A stretch of DNA of 64,000 nucleotides from an uncultured Erysipelotrichaceae bacterium (GTDB lineage: Bacteria; Bacillota_I; Bacilli_A; RFN20; CAG-826), in NCBI GenBank assembly GCA_902777015.1, contig CACYSA010000001.1, positions 50,525 to 114,524 on the forward strand, given 5' to 3'. This document shows, piece after piece, positions 41,101 to 48,999 of this stretch (positions are counted from its first letter, which is position 1; the number at the start of each line of letters is the position of its first letter). Both the position numbers and the translations under genes were made by a program. The notes under the pieces are model-generated. The model was not told where the DNA came from. It searched no databases and was given only the letters and a program-made list of their open reading frames with translations.

Positions 41101-44100
41101 TCTTCAGCTAGATATTGACCGCTTGGGTTAGTTAAATCAGCTTCATGAGCGGCTAGGAAGGCTTCTTGCTTTACAGCGAAAACTTCATAATCACACCATT
41201 CAGTTGGTAATGTATCATCAGTATTGGCCAAACCTTTTAAATAGACGAAATCACGATAGGCAATCATATGAGTGTCCACTAAAGTGCCATCTGGATTATA
41301 AGCATTTTGATATTCAACGAAATATGGATCAGCATCAGTAACCATCTCTCCTGGTTTTTTACCCCAGCTATCTTTCCAAGTCCAAGTAGAATCAACATCA
41401 GGTTTTGGATCCGCTAATAGGTCATAATTACTACTATTAACTGTGAATTTAGCCATTGTGTCACTGACTTTACCGTAGAACCATTTACCAAATTGATAAT
41501 GTTTCACACTACTTTCATCAATATAAGTGAAGATACCAGAATGCGATAATTGATGGAGCATATCATTTAATTCAACGATGTTATGAAGTTTGCTCATATC
41601 AAAATTAGATAAGAATGTTTTTGCTTCTTCATCGTTAGCGGGCACTAAGGTATATAAAGAATCTAATAAATTACCGATATTATGGCCTTCATCTGTCCAA
41701 CTTGTGATATTGGAGAAAGAAACATGGTTACCAGTATCGATTAAGAAACCACTTAAAGTATCAGCAAACATCTTATCTAAGAATGGTCCTAAAGAAGATG
41801 AGAAGATATAAGATTTATCGATGAGGGTGAATAGTTTTGGTAAGCCAACTTTACCATCGCCTTCATCTTTTAAGTTAGAAATTGCGCTTCTAGTTAAGCC
41901 ATCTTTAAATAAATCAGCAGCGTTCATGACGTCGTGAGAAGCAACATATTTAATAATGTCACCAAAAGCATCGATTTCATCACCCCATGAATGGCCTGGG
42001 CTTTCAACATTGCGTAATGTATCTCTAGTCACAGTGAGACTGCTATCGCCGGTCATAGAGAAGACATATTCTAAAAGAATATAAAGGTTTTCATTCTTTT
42101 CATATGTATCACCTGCTTCAGGTGTTGGATTAATAATTGGATTTTCAATGATGGCTTTAAGGATAGAAGTTAAATCATCCACTAAAGAGACATCTTTAAG
42201 TTTATCCATAATGTTATCAGTACCACCATTAAATGCGGTAAAGACATTGGACAATTCATTCCAGTGATTGAGTAAAGAGGCTAAATCTGTGAATAATGAA
42301 CGATCAGTCTTTTTAGCGTCATGGTTAATCGCAGAAATCAAGATATCGTTTCTTAAACCCAAATCTTTAAAGGCATTAGTCACTTCTGGACCACCTAATA
42401 AAGATTTAATAATTGGAACGATACCAAAATATAAAAGTGAAGAATCTTCAATCTTGATAAGAGCTTCTTTAAAGACATCAATTGTGCTTGTTTTAATGGA
42501 GAAGAAATTGTTTGGATCATCCATGATGGTATTGATATTTTCACCAAATAAAACACCCACTAAGCCTTCATCTTTACCTAATGTACCTAAGATATTAAGG
42601 ATATTATTAAATTCATTTTTGAAATTAGAAAGGACAACGCCTTGACTTAATTTATCGACTGCGGCTTTATAACTGAGTTCATCAGTTTCAGTAGTATAGT
42701 CGGCATAGCTCTTCATGAAATCAAGACTATACAAGCTATTTAAAACAGTTGGTAAAGCCATTTCAAAAATCTTCATATCAAGTAAACAATAATGGCGATC
42801 TTCAAGGCGTTTACCTTTGTCAAAGACAATGGTACGACCATATTTATCAGCGTTTTTAACATGGCCTTCACTATCAATTTCACCAACGATTAATTGATTG
42901 AATTTAGAAATATTACGAGAGATAACTGTTGGAAGTCTGGTGTATTCTTCACCTTCCGCTGGTGTATAAGCACCTGTTTGCACTAAGAAAGCTTTTAAGA
43001 AATCTCTATCAATTGCCACTGTTTGATGGAGGAAATCAAATAAAGCATATAATTCAAAGCCCCAAGAGAATTCATTTAATTCTTCCCAAGAGAATGGAAG
43101 GAATTGCTTCATTGCGGCGCCTTGTTCGCCATTTTCAAACATATAAACGAAAGCAGGAACTAAGCGTGATAAGATTTTGGAATTGTCCATTGCTTTGAAA
43201 ACGTTCAATACTTCATCAAATTTATTACTATAAAGAATCTCATCTAAGAAATCGAATAAGTCATTACCTTGGAAACTACGGAAGTTACGCTTACCGTATT
43301 CATCAACAGTAATCAAAGCATCGATGATGCCACTTTCAAAGAAACTATTGACCATTTCTTGCACGTTACCAATTTCTTTATTCCATTCAACATCACTGAC
43401 ATTGAGTAAGTGTGCTGGTAGAACTTGATCAAGAACACCACTATTAAGAGCGAGTTCTGCCGCCATTGGTAAAATATTAGAAATGAGATTAGATTTTCCT
43501 AAGACATCAAAGATGGAATTAACTGTATCTTGATAGATAAGCCTCATTGCATCAAATGATGTTTTACCTTCTTGGTCTTTATAAATACCTTGAGTAGCGA
43601 TGACCGCTAAATCGGTGAGATTACCTAATTCGTTAACGATATTAACAACGACATCTTCACTAACACCAGTTGTAAATGTGCTAAATAATTTAGTGTCAAT
43701 GGTCATGCCGTTATCATCAACTGACCAGTTGAATAAGATTTTAGCAAATAAAGAATCATCATATGCATCGACGAAATTACCAATGTTCTGCACTATTTCA
43801 TTATCAGAAGTTGGTCTATTCTTTTGATACGATTGATTAAGCGAATTGATGATAGAAGTAAATGGTGTCATGAATAAGACTGTTAAAACCAAATATGTTG
43901 CTGCGGTTTCAATAGCTGCTAACCATCTGATTTTGACCACTCTTCTAGCGATGCGTGGAACAAGATGTTGAGCGATGAGGTACCAAGTGATAAATGACAA
44001 TAAGTTACCTAAGGTAACAATCAATATCATATCCACGATAAATAAAACTACTTTAATTAAAGATTCCACAATGGCGAAAGCAAAATTAGTCGCACTAGCG

Positions 44101-44462
44101 GAACTACTTGAAATATTAAATAACATGTACATGCCCTTGATGAATTCAGCGGCTGTTTCTTTAACCGTTGTCACCGGGACGTAATATGCCGATTCAACAC
44201 CATCTTTTACTTGCGATAATTTAAAAGTGCCAACGAGATATTGACCGATATTGAAGTTTTCAACAAACTTGCATATTGGGTCTAAAGTCACGAAGGCAAT
44301 GATGATTAAAGAGAGAATAAAGACCATGTTGTGGGTGGATTTCCAAACACCACGTCTAAAACCTCTAAATGCTGCAAGGGCAACACCGACAACTAGCGCA
44401 ATAAAAAGAACTAGTAAACCGATGTTAAGATAAGCTTTGATTTGATCGACATTGAGATTCAT
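38163..44462 (-). CDS. Giant (2099 aa) membrane-anchored protein of unknown function
   Basis: Uninterrupted 6.3 kb ORF. The first ~210 aa hold about 5-6 TM helices, and the N-terminus is somewhat CvpA-like (AAFRGFRRGVWKS). The remaining ~1900 aa are non-repetitive with no catalytic motif I recognise. Confidence 0.85.
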   Translation of the reverse strand: MNLNVDQIKAYLNIGLLVLFIALVVGVALAAFRGFRRGVWKSTHNMVFILSLIIIAFVTLDPICKFVENFNIGQYLVGTFKLSQVKDGVESAYYVPVTTVKETAAEFIKGMYMLFNISSSSASATNFAFAIVESLIKVVLFIVDMILIVTLGNLLSFITWYLIAQHLVPRIARRVVKIRWLAAIETAATYLVLTVLFMTPFTSIINSLNQSYQKNRPTSDNEIVQNIGNFVDAYDDSLFAKILFNWSVDDNGMTIDTKLFSTFTTGVSEDVVVNIVNELGNLTDLAVIATQGIYKDQEGKTSFDAMRLIYQDTVNSIFDVLGKSNLISNILPMAAELALNSGVLDQVLPAHLLNVSDVEWNKEIGNVQEMVNSFFESGIIDALITVDEYGKRNFRSFQGNDLFDFLDEILYSNKFDEVLNVFKAMDNSKILSRLVPAFVYMFENGEQGAAMKQFLPFSWEELNEFSWGFELYALFDFLHQTVAIDRDFLKAFLVQTGAYTPAEGEEYTRLPTVISRNISKFNQLIVGEIDSEGHVKNADKYGRTIVFDKGKRLEDRHYCLLDMKIFEMALPTVLNSLYSLDFMKSYADYTTETDELSYKAAVDKLSQGVVLSNFKNEFNNILNILGTLGKDEGLVGVLFGENINTIMDDPNNFFSIKTSTIDVFKEALIKIEDSSLLYFGIVPIIKSLLGGPEVTNAFKDLGLRNDILISAINHDAKKTDRSLFTDLASLLNHWNELSNVFTAFNGGTDNIMDKLKDVSLVDDLTSILKAIIENPIINPTPEAGDTYEKNENLYILLEYVFSMTGDSSLTVTRDTLRNVESPGHSWGDEIDAFGDIIKYVASHDVMNAADLFKDGLTRSAISNLKDEGDGKVGLPKLFTLIDKSYIFSSSLGPFLDKMFADTLSGFLIDTGNHVSFSNITSWTDEGHNIGNLLDSLYTLVPANDEEAKTFLSNFDMSKLHNIVELNDMLHQLSHSGIFTYIDESSVKHYQFGKWFYGKVSDTMAKFTVNSSNYDLLADPKPDVDSTWTWKDSWGKKPGEMVTDADPYFVEYQNAYNPDGTLVDTHMIAYRDFVYLKGLANTDDTLPTEWCDYEVFAVKQEAFLAAHEADLTNPSGQYLAEEANVWGDYFGSDKFVSDYTDVFDSDEISRVCRFMTYSMRVLEKATKGPNAGNQVPFNQLPNSLVEGLLTSINETSCLRICLYSFYRIAGENLLNGYSAFNLSSAYNAYMIDANYDIMDFANARVARKAEIDKLVDFYEVINKAKDKGIIDSSNNFDYSKLNKDGFLNDMKKALKDLGDSYIFHRLGSAKVGSVTTFQGLFNSMLKESSIKDSIYLGANSPKDANATNYSSKDTKVDYLVKSTFLTDKEISDLSLDYATQINKHHTEIDNLLNSVDAFYSLKDKDGNTVTNINNVDMKRSDNIETIETLFNDLNNSNLLSDCLPNTIYKIFIENDQFNIESNGQKVNFSCVDPYYHYFYNDTVARSEANYTAKYLAKDINSIVKLLEDYQELDTQLDGKEMSNPLALKAITGEGGALKDILMDMHNSNLFHSPARRGDYPGISYYTDKFDNGYTLFEEMIAKICSFVSLDTFAYDSSYDSQASASAKLYDRIKEMTQADDTGISTNVYHKAQGLAWSQEVDAIMKLANTAADLGSGSSLDISTFALDQLDPIDIKNMLKAVNSSDIVCDALPKFIKDGFDSINLGTLTTYDTVNYAYYRLGQVVYGGSNANADEGTEIDNIYQVMNSIHKEGTPKYVTNMDNLNEFVQGSEGETRLTGLLRYVYKSHILNTSLAGNYDEYNTLTTGQKITAQGIMLNNSLGADLSSYIARDADVSTAAKSEADKIATLSKLVHMHNYFEDENDITYIVEAKGLKQLIDLTTDEITATTFSDNNIETIKSKKALILQIVECAYNATNETDPTQYKRSAIASEFVSGLFNYILENQYTKLDTTPAYAAYRYQLFSFGNDDANTLTLSDYNELDVVERDGLEGIIDSLSYIGTTSTPASMKANSESIKNCFTMMGKDAGNNSHLAQALYLTEAHQYIKLLRNPLVLNAGEMFVPVDETVTDPSVDSNIYSNTFSFKEYGEYIHTFLSGATILI

Positions 44463-44549
44463 AATGAGAGCATGGATAACTTATAACAAGTTATGACTAT
44501 AAATAGTTCTGCTTTTAGTGTATAATTTTTTTAATAGGATTAAAAGTAA

Positions 44550-45350
44550 ATGTTACTCACATCTATTAAATGTTCCAATTGTGGAGCTTATCACGATGCG
44601 ACACTTGAAGAGTGTCCAGACTGTCATAAAAATAACGAATTACGCACATTAAAGGACTTCCCTAAAAATGTGTTTTTCTTACATCCTGTTGCTCAGATAG
44701 CGGTTTTTATTATTGGCTTTGCCTATGTTGGCATGCTAATTAGTGAAATATTTTTTAGCAGTTTTTTAGAGTCATCGATGGCGATTACTTCTTTGGCTTA
44801 TCTCACGATGGTCATTGGTATTTTAGCGGTTATCTTATTTACGAGAAGGAAGATATTTTTTAACTGCTTTAAGCATTTAAGCAATTACGTTATTGGCATC
44901 GTTATTGGCGCGATCGCAATTGGTTTAGGAATTATTATTTCAATGATTACTTCTATTTGGTATCAAGGAAATGAAAACATTAACCAAGCGGCAGCGGAAT
45001 CAGTGATTGTTGTTTACCCTATTTTATCCTTCTTATTGTTTGGTTTTTTAGGGCCGATATGTGAGGAATTAACATATCGTGTTGGTTTTTATTCTTTTTT
45101 AAGAAGATTTAATAAATATGTTGCTATAGTTGCCACAACAATTGTTTTTGCTTTAATTCATTTTAGATTTAATAATGAAGACATCATTAGTGAATTAGTA
45201 GCGCTTCCTCAATATCTTTTGATGGGCTTCTTATTAACATATGCTTATGAAAAAGGTGGTCCTAGTGCTTCTATGAGCGCGCATATCATGTATAATATAG
45301 CAAGCACAATTATGACATTACTGAGATATTATTATGGACAACAAGCGTAA
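44550..45350 (+). CDS. CPBP-family intramembrane glutamic endopeptidase with N-terminal zinc ribbon
   Basis: 266 aa with CSNCGAY...CPDCHK, then TM helices carrying EELTYR and FALIHF motifs. Confidence 0.78.
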   Translation: MLLTSIKCSNCGAYHDATLEECPDCHKNNELRTLKDFPKNVFFLHPVAQIAVFIIGFAYVGMLISEIFFSSFLESSMAITSLAYLTMVIGILAVILFTRRKIFFNCFKHLSNYVIGIVIGAIAIGLGIIISMITSIWYQGNENINQAAAESVIVVYPILSFLLFGFLGPICEELTYRVGFYSFLRRFNKYVAIVATTIVFALIHFRFNNEDIISELVALPQYLLMGFLLTYAYEKGGPSASMSAHIMYNIASTIMTLLRYYYGQQA

Positions 45351-46209
45351 ATTCCCTCTCATATTAAGTAGCTTTTGGCTTAAAATCATCGCCCTACTAA
45401 CGATGACTATTGATCATGTTGGTCTTGCTTTTGATATTGAACCATTTAGATATATTGGTCGCTTAGCCTTGCCTTTATTCTGCTTTATGATTGCGGAAGG
45501 GGCTATTCACACAAGAAGCTTTAAAAAATACGCTTTAAGATTAGGGGTGATGGCTAGTGTTATTTCATTAGCAATCCTTCTTTCTGAAGTCGTACCAGTG
45601 TTTAAAAATAACGGCTTATCGATGCGTAATGATGGCGTGATATTTATTGACCTACTTTTAGGCGCTGTTGCGGTTTATTTGTTAAGGCAAAATAAATGGT
45701 ATCTTAAGCTACTAGCTATCTTTCCATTAGCGTTTGGTGTTACTTCATATATTGTTTCTGCTTATGAATGTGTTGGGTGTGGACATGTTGTTCATTGGTT
45801 CCCATTTTTCATTAGAACACAATATGGATGGTATGGCATTTTATTAGTCATTGGCTTTTATCTTGCTCATCTATTAGCGGATGTCTTTATTAGTTATCGT
45901 AGTTCTTTAACTGGTATAGATAAGGAATTATATAAAGGTTCAAATCTTGAAAGAAATGCGATTAATATTATTTCCGTGCTTATTTTAGCCGTGATGACAT
46001 TAGGATATTTCCTATGTGAAAGCCTAGCCGCGGATGTTTGGGGAACAGTCAGTTTATATCAAATTCAACTTTACGCGATTATTGCTGGAGCGTTTATTTT
46101 GCTTTATAACGGTTTACGCGGATATAATAAAAAATGGTTCCAGTATGGTAGTTATCTATACTACCCATTACACATCATTGTTGTTGGAATCATACAGATG
46201 TTTATTTAG
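45334..46209 (+). CDS. TraX-family membrane protein
   Basis: 291 aa, polytopic, with the N-terminal motif LKIIALLTMTIDHVG. It overlaps the CPBP gene by 17 nt. Confidence 0.7.
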   Translation: MDNKRKFPLILSSFWLKIIALLTMTIDHVGLAFDIEPFRYIGRLALPLFCFMIAEGAIHTRSFKKYALRLGVMASVISLAILLSEVVPVFKNNGLSMRNDGVIFIDLLLGAVAVYLLRQNKWYLKLLAIFPLAFGVTSYIVSAYECVGCGHVVHWFPFFIRTQYGWYGILLVIGFYLAHLLADVFISYRSSLTGIDKELYKGSNLERNAINIISVLILAVMTLGYFLCESLAADVWGTVSLYQIQLYAIIAGAFILLYNGLRGYNKKWFQYGSYLYYPLHIIVVGIIQMFI

Positions 46210-46221
46210 GAGGTAAACCCC

Positions 46222-46524
46222 ATGTTAAAGCATATTAACGATCGTGAAGAATTCAAAGCCGCAATCGCGGAAGGTACTGTCTTAGTGGACTTTTTTGCCA
46301 CTTGGTGTGGTCCATGCAAAATGCTCTCTCCTGTTTTAGAAGAAGTGAGCAAAGAAGTTAACGCCACTATTATCAAAGTGGATGTTGATGAAGCTAGCAC
46401 TATTGCTGCTCAATTTGGCATTCAAGCTGTGCCAACATTAATCCTTTTCAAAAACGGTGAACGTGTTGATACAAGAATGGGCTATCAAAACAAAAACCAA
46501 TTATTAGCCTTTATTAATCAATAG
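46222..46524 (+). CDS. trxA: Thioredoxin
   Basis: 100 aa with the WCGPC active site. Confidence 0.95.
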   Translation: MLKHINDREEFKAAIAEGTVLVDFFATWCGPCKMLSPVLEEVSKEVNATIIKVDVDEASTIAAQFGIQAVPTLILFKNGERVDTRMGYQNKNQLLAFINQ

Positions 46525-46528
46525 TTTA

Positions 46529-46558
46529 TTGAAAAAACTAGTGAGAATGATATATAAT
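46529..46558 (+). promoter_or_regulatory. Putative promoter for tRNA-Gly
   Basis: TTGAAA (46529-46534), an 18-nt spacer, then TATAAT (46553-46558). This lies 12 nt before the tRNA 5' end. Confidence 0.45.
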
Positions 46559-46570
46559 CATTTTCGCTAC

Positions 46571-46644
46571 GCAAGTGTAGTTCAGTGGTAGAACATCAGC
46601 CTTCCAAGCTGATTATGCGGGTTCGATTCCCGTCACTTGCTCCA
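46571..46644 (+). tRNA. tRNA-Gly, anticodon UCC, CCA encoded
   Basis: Hand-folded cloverleaf. The acceptor GCAAGTG pairs with CACTTGC, and the D arm is GTTC-AGTGGTA-GAAC. The anticodon arm is TCAGC-CTTCCAA-GCTGA and the T arm is GCGGG-TTCGATT-CCCGT. The 3' end is the discriminator T followed by CCA. Confidence 0.93.
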
Positions 46645-46654
46645 GAAGAATAAT

Positions 46655-46678
46655 ACAGCACATATTGTGCTGTTTTTT
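46655..46678 (+). terminator. Rho-independent terminator after the tRNA
   Basis: ACAGCACA-TAT-TGTGCTGT hairpin followed by TTTTT. Confidence 0.8.
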
Positions 46679-46725
46679 ATTCTTTTCTAATTGTAAATAT
46701 AACGTAATTCCGTTATAATATAGCC

Positions 46726-47291
46726 ATGACATTTAAAGAATTACTAATTGAGAAAAACATCACTGGATATGGTTTAGCTAAAAGCGCTGGAATACCATAT
46801 ACCACTATAAGCGATTTGATTAATGGCAAAACAGTTATTCAAAACGTTTCACTAAAGCACGCAATTATGATAGCGGATGTTTTAAGCGTTGATGTAAAGT
46901 TCCTTAACGAACTGAATAGTTATACACCTATAGAGTTTAGATATTTTAGAAACAATCTCTTGAATGATTTAAAAAACGCCAATTCATTGGATTTTGCTAA
47001 GCGTTTAATCAAAACAAAAGAAATAGATTTCTACTATAAAAATAACGCTAAACCTTATGCATATTATTTATTGGCGTTAGTTGATTATTTGTATCGTAAA
47101 AAGGTCTGTCTATATTCATAGATAGGTATAACGAAATACGACGTGAAAAACTAGAAAAGCCGTTCTTTGTTGGAAGTGACTTGATATCGTTTGAAACAAT
47201 AGAAGAAGCCGAAAGAAAACTACAAATCAAAACAATACCAGAATTTAAGAAATTCAATATCATCGAAGAGGATGTTTTTAATGTTGCATAA
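46726..47291 (+). pseudogene. XRE-family HTH regulator interrupted by a -1 frameshift in an A5 run
   Basis: The N-terminal HTH ORF ends at 47121. In the adjacent frame the protein continues (KGLSIFIDRYNEIRREKLEKPFFVGS...NIIEEDVFNVA-stop at 47289-47291). One extra A at 47098-47102 would join the two parts. Confidence 0.65.
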
Positions 47292-47349
47292 TTTTTTGTG
47301 TGACATACTAGTACCCACCACTTAGAGAAGTGGATAGTGATTTAACATT

Positions 47350-47387
47350 CACCAAAATTGGTAAATCTTATTCCACCAGAATTGGTA
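47350..47387. repeat. Two copies of CACCA(A/G)AATTGGTA (ACCA-N4-TGGT dyads) spaced 24 nt apart
   Basis: Seen directly at 47350-47364 and 47374-47387. Confidence 0.6.
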
Positions 47388-47402
47388 GTTTTTATAATGT
47401 CA

Positions 47403-48310
47403 CTAACAATTACGAGTTATCGTTCTATTGCCTTCCTTTTGAACTACCGAGGATTCCTCGGTAACTGAATTATCTAATTCACCATCTTTCAAGATGTTCC
47501 TAATGTGGAGCCCAATATTGTCACTGTCAACATTAAATAGCAAAGACATCTCTCTTTGTGTTAACACTTTTGGATATCAATAGTTTTACCAAGTGCCTCT
47601 AGTCGCTTTTCGTTAGCTGCATAGCCTTTGATTAAGTAGTCTTTAAGAACACTGTTGACCCATCTTCTGAAAGTTATGCCTCGTTTCGATCTGACCGATA
47701 ACCAACAGAAACAATTATGTCGAGACTATATAGGCGAATTGTTCTTGTAACTCTTCTAGTACCTTCAAGTTGAACTTGTGCGCTTTCCGCACATGTTGAT
47801 TCTTTTTCTAACTCTTGATCATCATAAATATCATTTATGTGTCTTAAAATTCTTGTTCTGTCAACATCAAATAGCAAAGCCATCTCTCTTTGTGTTAACC
47901 ACTTTTGGATATCAATAGTTTTACCAAGCGCTTCAAGATGCTTTTGATCAATAGCGCAGCCCTTAATTAAATAATCTTTTAAAATCTCGTTAGCCCATCT
48001 TCTAAAAGCAATACCTCTTTGTGATTTTATTCTATATCCCACTGCAAGAATGACATCCAAATTATAAAATTTGGAAGGCCTGTAATTCACCCTTTCGTCG
48101 AATTTTTCGACGGAAGTGTTTTTATCTAGTTCCTCGCTAGAAAAAATGTTATTAATGTGGTAGGTTACAGTACTTCTTGCAGCGCCAAACAGTCTAGCAA
48201 TTTCCTCTTGCGTTAACCACACCGTGTCATGCTGTAAATCCGCTCGAACATCGAGCTCAAAACCATTATCAGTAAAAGTAACGGTTTTGTCTTTATTTAT
48301 TTTTCCTCAT
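47403..48310 (-). pseudogene. RhuM-family (virulence protein-like) gene: three tandem partial copies of the N-terminal module with frameshifts
   Basis: The WLTQxEMAxLF...VGYR...FRRWAN..LKDYLIKG...LEALGKTIDIQK unit occurs three times (about 48222-47905, 47904-47590, 47589-47403). I see frame breaks near 48295, 47680 and 47565. The DNA repeat 47500-47670 versus 47840-48010 is visible by eye. Confidence 0.7.
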
Positions 48311-48326
48311 ATATTTAAATATAAAT

Positions 48327-48989
48327 ATGAATTATCAAGAACTTGAAGAACACTTATTTGATGTTAGTGATAAGAAATACGCTGATTTCTCAAAATCGCT
48401 TTCTAATAGTGAATACATTTCTATTGGGGTGAAAATTCCAGTTCTTAAATCTTTAGTTAAAGAACATAAAGATGATCAAGATTTAAAAAAATCTGATTTC
48501 AAATTAGGTAAATATCTTGAAATTGATTTTATCTATTTCGCCCTATCACTTATAAGATGTAAAGACATTGATGGTCAGCTTAAGTTTTTAGAAAAGAATA
48601 TTGGTAAAGCAAAATCATGGGCGGTCACAGACACGATTACATCATATTTAAAGAAATTGACATTTGATAAATATTGGTCATTTTTCATGAAAAACCGTGA
48701 CGTCGATTACATTTTCACTAGAAGAATGGCTTTTATCCTTGGTTTGAAGTTTTATAAGGATGAAAGAATTATCGATGTTCTTCCTTACGTTAGAAAGAAT
48801 GAAGATTACATGGTCATGATGGCGGAAGCTTGGCTAATGGCCACAATTGCTATTACTTATGAAAATGATATTTTTAATTATCTTTCCACTTGTGATGATT
48901 TAATTTTAAAAAGAAAAACAATCTCAAAGATTTGTGATTCATTTAGATTCAATCAAATTTCTAAAGAAAGATTTAAATCTTTGAGGTAA
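48327..48989 (+). CDS. DNA alkylation repair (AlkD-like HEAT-repeat) family protein
   Basis: 220 aa. The N-terminal pattern YADFSKSLSNSEYISIGVKIPVLKSLVKEH is typical of the DNA_alkylation family. Confidence 0.6.
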   Translation: MNYQELEEHLFDVSDKKYADFSKSLSNSEYISIGVKIPVLKSLVKEHKDDQDLKKSDFKLGKYLEIDFIYFALSLIRCKDIDGQLKFLEKNIGKAKSWAVTDTITSYLKKLTFDKYWSFFMKNRDVDYIFTRRMAFILGLKFYKDERIIDVLPYVRKNEDYMVMMAEAWLMATIAITYENDIFNYLSTCDDLILKRKTISKICDSFRFNQISKERFKSLR

Positions 48990-48999
48990 GATATTTATT

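Noticed and set aside
41590-44433. Several 60- to 125-aa plus-strand ORFs inside the giant gene (for example 42268-42645 and 42929-43198)
   Set aside because: All are antisense to a single uninterrupted 6.3 kb ORF and have no ribosome-binding sites or motifs. The same reasoning applies to the other short antisense ORFs in the track (344-535, 890-1138, 10805-11041, 14326-14520, 18225-18455, 22029-22301, 24179-24382, 25022-25267, 25885-26121, 27759-27998, 28354-28539, 29675-29875, 32597-32809, 32812-32997, 33322-33525, 34035-34217, 35384-35566, 37257-37487, 37809-38003, 46206-46400, 52379-52570, 56385-56591, 57047-57265, 59101-59340, 59734-59925, 60230-60422, 61168-61563, 63594-63776).
44463-44549. 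Operator/promoter between the giant gene and the CPBP gene (ATAACTT-N5-AAGTTAT dyad, GTGTATAAT box)
   Set aside because: The motifs are present but short. Such dyads arise easily by chance in AT-rich DNA, and there is no supporting repeat or regulator nearby. It is not strong enough to list as a feature.
47048-47263. 71-aa minus-strand ORF across the XRE frameshift region
   Set aside because: It is antisense to the two halves of the XRE pseudogene, both of which have coherent protein-like sequence. It has no start context.
46645-48320. Intact prophage or integrative element at tRNA-Gly
   Set aside because: No integrase, excisionase, structural or replication genes are present. Both cargo genes are frameshifted, and I could not find a duplicated tRNA 3' end. 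It is reported only as a remnant.
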